NCBI GenBank assembly: GCA_024278565.1
Contig: JAJRSY010000010.1
Location: forward strand, 1 to 41,254
Length of the DNA stretch: 41,254 nucleotides
Reading direction: 5' to 3'
Origin: Bacteroidota bacterium
GTDB taxonomy: Bacteria > Bacteroidota > Bacteroidia > Flavobacteriales > Flavobacteriaceae
Shown here: piece by piece, positions 34,464 through 41,254 of the stretch
How the letters are laid out: each line of letters starts with the position of its first letter
Position numbering within the stretch: the stretch's first letter is position 1
Notes under the pieces: generated by a model
Databases searched by the model: none
Told to the model about the DNA's origin: nothing
Seen by the model: the letters and a program-made list of their open reading frames with translations, nothing else
Program-made: the position numbers and the translations under genes

Positions 34464-35890
34464 GGATTTCCAAGTTAATATATATGTCCATTTTATGGGT
34501 ATGTGTTGGTGCGTATGCGCAAAACAAACAATTGCTGTATGATTTTACCGAAATTCCCCAGTCGTTGATGGTCAATCCTGGGGCGAAAACTGATTTTAAG
34601 TGGTACACAGGCGTTCCTATGTTATCGGGAGTATCGTTTCAGGCGGGTTCAAGTGGAATTTCGGTAAACGACCTTTTTGCAAACGACGGACTCGATTTTA
34701 ACGATAAGGTCAGAGACCGTGCTATTTCAGGAATGACGTCTAGGGACGAATTGAGCGGAACCTATCAGATCGAACTCTTGAATGGTGGGTTCAGGGGAAG
34801 GGATTCCGATGTTTTTTACTCGTTTGGCATATACAATGAAGGCGATGCCATAGGGTATTGGTTTCAAGACTATGCCATTTTGGCCTTTGAGGGAAACGCC
34901 GATCACTTGAGCAAGAGGTTTGATCTGGGCGATCTGAAAACAAGGGGCGCAATGTTGAACGTGTTCCATTTTGGAGTTAATAAAAAGTTGAGCGATCAGC
35001 TTACCTTTGGTGTGAGGGGTAAAATATACTCCAGTATTTTTGATTTTAACTCTTCACGTAACAAAGGGTATTTTGTCACCAGTGAGGGCCAGAACAATTT
35101 ATTGAGGAATACCATTAATGCAGATATGGAATGGAGAACATCGGGGATCAGAGCTATTAGAGATGCTGAAAAAGAGGAAACCCTACCCAATACCATATTA
35201 AAAAGGGGGTTTTTTGGAGGTAATCTTGGCCTCGGTGTTGATTTGGGTTTTACCTATAACCTGACTGAACAAACCGTTATTTCCGGTAGTCTTTTGGATC
35301 TTGGGTTTATCTACCACGCAAATGATATAAAAACCTATACGCTGAACGGTAATGCCATTACTGAGGGGGTTACCGCTATTTTACCTGATGCCCTAGTAGA
35401 TCCTGACAAAGACTTTTGGCAAGATTTGGTCGATGAGATCGAGACAATAGTACTTTTTGAATCGAATACCAAAAACTACCTGAGTTTTAGACCAACCAAG
35501 TTATATGCATCTTTGCGCTACAATTTCGGTAGACAAGCGCAAAGAAGAGCGGACTGCGATTGTGGTCCCAATGCAACTCAAAGTAATAGAGGGTCCAAAT
35601 ATGCGAATGGGTTAGGTGGCCAAATTTATATGATCAACCGCCCAAGGGGACCCCAAGCAGCCCTTACGGCTTTCTATCACAGAAGATTTGGCAATTTCAT
35701 GGCCGTAAAGACCACGTATACGATAGATAAATTCTCATATACCAATATTGGTCTAGGGATCAGTATTCAGGCAGGGCTCGTAAACCTCTACCTTTTGGCA
35801 GATAACCTATTGGCCTATCAAAATTTGGCCGACAGTCACTACACCTCTTTTCAATTCGGATTAAATATCATATCTTGGGGCAAGAAATAA
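34460..35890 (+). CDS. Outer-membrane beta-barrel protein (DUF5723-like)
   Basis: Signal peptide AYA-Q, PQSLMVNPG, GLGVDLGFTY, SLLDLGFI, C-terminal FGLNI. Confidence 0.7.
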   Translation: MRISKLIYMSILWVCVGAYAQNKQLLYDFTEIPQSLMVNPGAKTDFKWYTGVPMLSGVSFQAGSSGISVNDLFANDGLDFNDKVRDRAISGMTSRDELSGTYQIELLNGGFRGRDSDVFYSFGIYNEGDAIGYWFQDYAILAFEGNADHLSKRFDLGDLKTRGAMLNVFHFGVNKKLSDQLTFGVRGKIYSSIFDFNSSRNKGYFVTSEGQNNLLRNTINADMEWRTSGIRAIRDAEKEETLPNTILKRGFFGGNLGLGVDLGFTYNLTEQTVISGSLLDLGFIYHANDIKTYTLNGNAITEGVTAILPDALVDPDKDFWQDLVDEIETIVLFESNTKNYLSFRPTKLYASLRYNFGRQAQRRADCDCGPNATQSNRGSKYANGLGGQIYMINRPRGPQAALTAFYHRRFGNFMAVKTTYTIDKFSYTNIGLGISIQAGLVNLYLLADNLLAYQNLADSHYTSFQFGLNIISWGKK

Positions 35891-36062
35891 TATTGCGATA
35901 AAGGCCGCTCTGTAAATTGATTTTTTCTTTGGCACGCTTTTTTCATATATAATTTCTGTATAACCAAGAATGCATCTTTTCCCACTCTTGAGTACAATCT
36001 TTTTTCAGCAATGTTAAAAGGAGCCTACTAAGTGAAAGATGTACTCTAATAAAAAGAATCCT

Positions 36063-37022
36063 ATGAAAAGTATAGTTCTATCCATTTTTATTATGGCAGG
36101 TTTTGTAGGTAGGGTACAGGCACAATTAAATGAGTATAAGTATATAGTCGTACCCAAAAGGTTCGATGGTTTTAAGAAAGACAACCAGCACCATACCAGT
36201 ACCTTGATCAAGCATTTGTTTGTCCAAAAAGGCTTTGAAGCCGTATATGAGGGTAGTTTACCTGAGGACCTTAACAAGAATAGGTGTTTGGGGCTTTTTG
36301 TTGGGCTTGATGACAGCTCCTCGCTGTTCAGTACCAAGACCTCATTGGTTTTGAAAGATTGTTCCAATAAAGAGATTTTTGTCACCCAGCAGGGCACGAG
36401 CAAGAAAAAGGAGTATAAAGAGGCCTATAAAGAAGCACTGACCGAGGCACTTGACTCTTTTGATGGTATAAACTATGGGTATGTGCCAAAATCAGAACAA
36501 GAAGGGCCTGTAACCATTAGCTTTAAAAACGATGTCAAAAAACTGAAAGAAAAACCGAAATTGGATAAGTACCAAGACCCTATGGTACAGCAAGAGGCAA
36601 CCCTTGAGAATCAATCGTACAGAGACCGCAGACCTGTGGCCTCAGATATAAAAAAAGCGGGTGGGGACAATATCAAAATGATAGAACAAAAGACCACCAG
36701 AGAAGAGCAGAGTTACAAAGACCGAGCCCCGGTTCAGTCTGATTTCAAAAAGGCCGAAGCAGCTACATCTATCGATAGTTCAAAAAAAATGGGCAATTCG
36801 AAACATACTGTACTTTATGCCCAAGAGTTGCCAAACGGTTATCAATTGGTCGATAGTACACCCAAAATTCGATTTAGAATATATAAAAGCTCTATGCCCA
36901 GCGTTTATTTGGCAAAGACCGATTATAAATATGGCATGGTGTATACGGTGGATGGAAAATGGTATTTTGAATACCCTGAAAATGGAAACCTCGTGGTTGA
37001 GGAGTTGAACATTAAGTTTTGA
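36063..37022 (+). CDS. Secreted hypothetical protein
   Basis: Signal peptide VQA-Q, YKYIVVP, two Cys, C-terminal NGYQLVD...LNIKF. Alternative start 36039. Confidence 0.8.
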   Translation: MKSIVLSIFIMAGFVGRVQAQLNEYKYIVVPKRFDGFKKDNQHHTSTLIKHLFVQKGFEAVYEGSLPEDLNKNRCLGLFVGLDDSSSLFSTKTSLVLKDCSNKEIFVTQQGTSKKKEYKEAYKEALTEALDSFDGINYGYVPKSEQEGPVTISFKNDVKKLKEKPKLDKYQDPMVQQEATLENQSYRDRRPVASDIKKAGGDNIKMIEQKTTREEQSYKDRAPVQSDFKKAEAATSIDSSKKMGNSKHTVLYAQELPNGYQLVDSTPKIRFRIYKSSMPSVYLAKTDYKYGMVYTVDGKWYFEYPENGNLVVEELNIKF

Positions 37023-37041
37023 TCTGGGTTTAACTCAGGGT

Positions 37042-37261
37042 GATAACCACACTTCAATACTCCTCGCAAAGACGAATTATCCTCCCAAATGTATTTGCGA
37101 GTGCAGCGAAGCGATCTCTAACTTTGGAACACAAATTCATTTCGGCTAAAAAAAAAAAATTTGAGTTAGTAACACCGTGACTTTGAGTCACGGTGTTACT
37201 TAGATTAGTCGTCGTTTTATGCGAGATAACCAATTACTTCAATGCCCCTCGCAAAGACGAA
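37042..37261. repeat. Intergenic repeat cluster between convergent genes
   Basis: Direct pair GATAACCA..ACTTCAAT..CCTCGCAAAGACGAA (37042-37076 and 37225-37261), related inverted unit TTTGCGAG...GAAGCGATCTC (37094-37118), and the palindrome at 37168-37200. Confidence 0.7.
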
Positions 37262-37304
37262 GTTTTTACTGGCCTCAGTTCAGGGTTTAGTCAGTAAACA
37301 TAGA

Positions 37305-38582
37305 TTAAAGTCCATACTTATCCTTCCATCTCTTTTTTAAAAAGTCTTTGATGGCATTTTCCCTTTGATTGCTTCCGGGTTCGTAGAATGTTGTACCGGT
37401 TAGCTCTTCGGGCAAGAATTCTTCCTCGGCGAAATTATTATCATAGTTATGGGCATATTTGTATTCCTTGCCATAACCCAGGTCTTTCATTAGTTTGGTA
37501 GGGGCGTTCCGTAGGGGTAGGGGAACCGAAAGATCCCCGGTCTGCTTTACCATTTGCTGCGCCTTACCAATAGCCATATAACTAGCATTGCTCTTTGCTG
37601 ATGTCGCTAGATAAATGGCGCATTGGCTCAGAATGATTCTAGATTCGGGGTAGCCGATCGTAGTAACGGCTTGAAAACAAGTGTTTGCCATTACAAGTGC
37701 CGTTGGGTTGGCGAGCCCGATATCCTCCGAAGCAGAGATCAACATTCTACGGGCGATGAACTTCACGTCTTCACCACCTTCTATCATTCTGGCCAACCAA
37801 TACACAGCGCCATTAGGATCGCTGCCGCGAATTGATTTGATAAAGGCAGAAATAATATCGTAGTGCTGTTCACCGGTCTTATCGTAAAGAACCGTATTTT
37901 TTTGAACCTTAGCCATGACCAGTTTATCGGTAATGGTAATTGTATTCGTTTCTTCAGCGTTGACTATAAGTTCAAAGATGTTCAAGAGTTTACGGCCATC
38001 GCCCCCTGACAATCTCAAAAGCGCCTCGGTCTCTTTTAGTTTTATTTTTTTATCCTTTAGAACAACATCCTGTTTTATGGCCCTTTGAAGCAAGGCCTCA
38101 AGGTCTTCTTTTCCAAACGGATTAAGAACATACACTTGACATCGTGACAATAGGGCAGGTATAACCTCGAAACTTGGGTTTTCGGTGGTAGCCCCGACTA
38201 GGGTGACCCATCCCTTTTCCACCGCGCCCAAAAGTGAATCTTGCTGCGATTTACTGAAACGGTGTATTTCATCAATAAAAAGAATCGGGTTTTTTGTGGT
38301 GAACAGACCCCCACTTTGTTTTGCTTTTTCAATGATTTCCCTGATGTCTTTGACGCCACTGCTAATGGCGCTCAAAGAATAAAAGGGTCTTTTGCTTTCG
38401 TGCGCTATAATATTTGCAAGGGTGGTTTTTCCGGTTCCCGGTGGGCCCCATAGAATTAGGGAGGGAATCGTACCTTTTTTGATCTGGTGTGTCAATGAAC
38501 CAGTCTTGCCAACAAGATGTTGTTGACTTATGTAATCGTTTAAGGTTTTAGGGCGTACCCGTTCTGCAAGAGGTTCGTTCAT
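37305..38582 (-). CDS. rarA: Replication-associated recombination protein A (MgsA/RarA)
   Basis: PLAERVRP, Walker [43 protein letters not shown]. Confidence 0.95.
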   Translation of the reverse strand: MNEPLAERVRPKTLNDYISQQHLVGKTGSLTHQIKKGTIPSLILWGPPGTGKTTLANIIAHESKRPFYSLSAISSGVKDIREIIEKAKQSGGLFTTKNPILFIDEIHRFSKSQQDSLLGAVEKGWVTLVGATTENPSFEVIPALLSRCQVYVLNPFGKEDLEALLQRAIKQDVVLKDKKIKLKETEALLRLSGGDGRKLLNIFELIVNAEETNTITITDKLVMAKVQKNTVLYDKTGEQHYDIISAFIKSIRGSDPNGAVYWLARMIEGGEDVKFIARRMLISASEDIGLANPTALVMANTCFQAVTTIGYPESRIILSQCAIYLATSAKSNASYMAIGKAQQMVKQTGDLSVPLPLRNAPTKLMKDLGYGKEYKYAHNYDNNFAEEEFLPEELTGTTFYEPGSNQRENAIKDFLKKRWKDKYGL

Positions 38583-38735
38583 GGTATAAAAGTAATGGTT
38601 CTGCCATTGTTTGAGTAGAAATCAACAATTTATTCAGGTTTTCAATTTTTGGTTGACTAGAGGTGGAACTCATTAAAAAAGGGAATTTGTCGTACACCAA
38701 TCTTCGTAATTAAGCTATGAACAGCTTATAGCACC

Positions 38736-38771
38736 GTAAATAATACGTATATTAGCAGTAAAGAATACGTA
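38736..38771 (+). promoter_or_regulatory. Candidate TA autorepression operator (two boxes)
   Basis: GTAAATAATACGTA (38736-38749) and GTAAAGAATACGTA (38758-38771), 22 bp period, each ending in the palindrome TACGTA. Confidence 0.55.
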
Positions 38772-38772
38772 C

Positions 38773-39024
38773 ATGTTAAAGAATAAAAAACGAAAAGAGA
38801 TTACATTGGACATTGAGACCATTGCATTATTAGAGATACAGGCAGAGCGAGAGGGAAGAAAACTCAAGAATTATATGGAGCATGTATTAAAAGAAAAAGC
38901 CAATGATATTGAACTAACCGACGCATATAAAGCAATTATGGATGAAATGTTGGATAAGCACGAAAAAGGGGAGTTGAACTACACCCCTTGGGAAGAAGTG
39001 AAAAAACAATTGCTCAGTAAATAA
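38773..39024 (+). CDS. Putative antitoxin (RHH-like N-terminus)
   Basis: 83 aa; KRKEITLD...A..EGR.LKNYME..L and C-terminal YTPWEEVKK; TAATG overlap with the toxin. Confidence 0.7.
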   Translation: MLKNKKRKEITLDIETIALLEIQAEREGRKLKNYMEHVLKEKANDIELTDAYKAIMDEMLDKHEKGELNYTPWEEVKKQLLSK

Positions 39025-39314
39025 TGCAGTACACTATCACTTTATCTGATGAAGCTAGGCTAAATTTAAAAGAGGCTTCTGATTATTATTTAAAAATATC
39101 AGCTACTATAAATGATGGTTTTTCTTCTGATTTAATCAAAACCATTGACCAATTAAAGGAAAATCCGCATCATCATGAAGTAAGATATAGGGGCATTCGC
39201 ATTGCCCATGCTAAAACCTATCCTTTTGGGGTACATTTTATTGTAGAAAACAACAGTATACGTATTTTAAAAATAGTACATCATAAGCAGTTTTATAAAA
39301 TAGGACTGTATTAA
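39024..39314 (+). CDS. RelE/ParE family toxin
   Basis: 96 aa; EA..NLKEA.DYY...LKENP...IR......YPF.VHF......IRILKIVH. Confidence 0.85.
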   Translation: MQYTITLSDEARLNLKEASDYYLKISATINDGFSSDLIKTIDQLKENPHHHEVRYRGIRIAHAKTYPFGVHFIVENNSIRILKIVHHKQFYKIGLY

Positions 39315-39408
39315 ATTTAAGGAGCAAGCTACAAGGTACAAAGAACTCTAAATACAGGTTCATTCACTGTCTTTTAAGTGCAACCGCTATAGTAGAACAA
39401 TTATAAAT

Positions 39409-40152
39409 ATGTCAGAACCCAACTATTTTAAATTTTCGTACAATGTACTCATCGTTCCTATACTATTTGTTCTCTTAATATGGACTGTCTTTTTGGTCGA
39501 ACTTCGTCTGGGTGTCAATTTGAACCAATATGGGGTATACCCTAAAACACTAACTGGTCTAAGAGGGGTGATTTTCAGTCCGTTTATCCATGGTTCTGTA
39601 GCGCATTTGTATAACAACACCATTCCGTTGGCCGTATTGTTGTCGGCCATGTTCTATTTTTATCGAAATGTGGCTATGAGGGTAGTGCTGCTCGGTATTT
39701 TGTTTTCGGGGCTATTTACATGGGTTATCGGAAGGCCCTCGTATCATATTGGGGCGAGTAGTGTCATCTATGTTTTGGTCAGTTTTGTTTTTTTTAAGGG
39801 AGTTTTTACCAAATATTACCGTTTGGTGGCACTTTCGTTGATTGTCGTTTTTATTTATGGCAGTATGCTGTGGTATATTTTTCCGGTAGAAAAAGGTATT
39901 TCTTGGGAAGGCCATTTGGGTGGTTTCATAACTGGTCTAGCCTTGGCGATTTTTATGAAAACCGATATGCCCTCGCCCAAGAAGTATGATTGGGAGCAGG
40001 AAGATTTCAATTACGAAGATGATGAGTTTATAACACAGTTCGATAAGGATGGGAATTTTGTAGAAAAAAAGGAAGAGGAACCTACACTCGAATCGGAAGC
40101 GATTAAAATAACCTACCAGTACAAAAGAGAAGATGGTTCAAATTCAGAATAG
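39409..40152 (+). CDS. Rhomboid family intramembrane serine protease
   Basis: SPFIHGS..HLYNN, catalytic GASS, SWEGHLGG. Confidence 0.9.
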   Translation: MSEPNYFKFSYNVLIVPILFVLLIWTVFLVELRLGVNLNQYGVYPKTLTGLRGVIFSPFIHGSVAHLYNNTIPLAVLLSAMFYFYRNVAMRVVLLGILFSGLFTWVIGRPSYHIGASSVIYVLVSFVFFKGVFTKYYRLVALSLIVVFIYGSMLWYIFPVEKGISWEGHLGGFITGLALAIFMKTDMPSPKKYDWEQEDFNYEDDEFITQFDKDGNFVEKKEEEPTLESEAIKITYQYKREDGSNSE

Positions 40153-40192
40153 TTGGTGAAGGGTAAGTGATTCTCAATATAGAATTGTAGTT

Positions 40193-40226
40193 TCCTAAAC
40201 TCCTAAACTCCTAAACTCCTAAACTC
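40193..40226. repeat. Tandem repeat (TCCTAAAC) x4.25
   Basis: Four perfect 8-mers plus TC, abutting the rlmB stop codon. Confidence 0.9.
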
Positions 40227-40967
40227 TTACCTCGAAAACCGTTGTCGCACCACTTCATATAAAAAAACAGCACAGGCCACCGATACGTTCAAAGAGGCAA
40301 TTTCGCCCAGTAAGGGAAGTTTGGCGGTATGATCGGCCGCTTTTAGAATAGAAGGGCTGATACCGCGATCTTCAGAACCCATGATGATCGCGATCGGTTG
40401 CGTGAAAGAAATGTCATAAATGGTCTTTGGCGTTTTTTCTGAGGCGGCTATCACCTGCACGCCCGAGGCCTGTAAATAGAAAACGGCATCTTTGATGTGG
40501 TCGACCTTGGCAATGGGTACCTTAAAGGCCGCACCTGCTGATGTTTTGATGGTGTCGGCGGTTACGGGGGCCGCACCCTTCTTTTGAATGATGATTCCGT
40601 CGACCCCGGTGCATTCCGCAGTACGTATAATGGCACCAAAATTCCGTACATCTGAAAGTTGGTCCAATAACAGGAACAAGGGTTGCTTTTTGTTCTCCAT
40701 GACATTTTCGACCAGGGCCTCAAAGTCATAAAAGGAAATAGGGGATATGTTGGCCACTACACCCTGATGGTTGTTCTTGGTCAGGCGGTCGAGTTTTTCG
40801 ATCGGCACGTAAGAGGCGGTGATCTGGTTCTTGCGAACGGTGCTTTCCAACTCCCTGAACAAGTCGCCTTTAAGGCCTCTTTGCACAAAGACCTTATCAA
40901 TGGGCTCATTGGCATTTATGGCTTCCAAAACCGCTCTTATACCGTAGATTTGTGTGATTTTTTGCAT
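40227..40967 (-). CDS. rlmB: 23S rRNA (guanosine-2251-2'-O)-methyltransferase
   Basis: IYG...VLEA, NHQGVVA, DVRNFGAIIRTA, MGSE, SLNVSVA (SPOUT). Confidence 0.92.
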   Translation of the reverse strand: MQKITQIYGIRAVLEAINANEPIDKVFVQRGLKGDLFRELESTVRKNQITASYVPIEKLDRLTKNNHQGVVANISPISFYDFEALVENVMENKKQPLFLLLDQLSDVRNFGAIIRTAECTGVDGIIIQKKGAAPVTADTIKTSAGAAFKVPIAKVDHIKDAVFYLQASGVQVIAASEKTPKTIYDISFTQPIAIIMGSEDRGISPSILKAADHTAKLPLLGEIASLNVSVACAVFLYEVVRQRFSR

Positions 40968-41254
40968 GGGGGTAAAGGTAATTAAAAAACAACGGGATTA
41001 ATTGAAATATGTCCCGCACTACTTCTTTATTGTCTGTTTCAATTTTTTCATCATCAAAATTGCTATATTCAAATGTAAATAATGCGCGTTCAGAACCTAA
41101 ACCGATTATCAACTTTCATTGGTCACAATCGTTAGTTGAAACTATGCACTTTAGTGCAAGACTTTCAGTTGCCACACATTTTTCTATATTAGTTGAATGG
41201 GAAATAAACAAAGGCGATCTGGTCATACGGTATCTTGGTTGACGGTCCATGTAG

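Noticed and set aside
35930-35944. Sigma-54 promoter TGGCAC-N5-TTTC
   Set aside because: The -12 GC is missing and there is no other support; possible but not reportable.
699-40985. Numerous 60-145 aa ORFs antisense to or nested in the long genes
   Set aside because: They are shadow frames of well-supported CDSs with no independent motifs or expression signals.
40906-41254. ORFs at the right edge
   Set aside because: Short frames on both strands with no recognisable motif. A gene end may enter from outside the window but cannot be assigned.

Overview
This 41 kb window looks like Flavobacteriaceae (Bacteroidota) chromosome, judged from T9SS PorP/SprF and type-B CTD genes, TAnnTTTG promoter boxes and flavobacterial palindromic repeats. 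The backbone is housekeeping: SAM methyltransferase, fabH, gcvP, an ECF sigma/zinc anti-sigma pair, M3 peptidase, purE-purK, a fused HPRT-adenylate kinase, obgE, alpha-2-macroglobulin, a T9SS cargo/PorP/OmpA triad, a Mur ligase, radC, yjjG, rarA, a ParE-type toxin-antitoxin pair, rhomboid and rlmB. The unusual content is non-coding. (1) An AT-rich lipoprotein gene (polysaccharide-lyase-like) fits almost exactly between two direct copies of a 160-185 bp element with a 95 bp identical core, like a mobile gene cassette. (2) Three MITEs lie nearby or downstream, two with clear target-site duplications. (3) There are IS200-type ends and a TnpA remnant. (4) Many small palindromes nest inside one another, supply stop codons to purE and the Mur ligase, and appear inserted in frame twice in alpha-2-macroglobulin. 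No rRNA, tRNA, CRISPR array, integrase or intact transposase was seen. All calls are by eye, without database searches.
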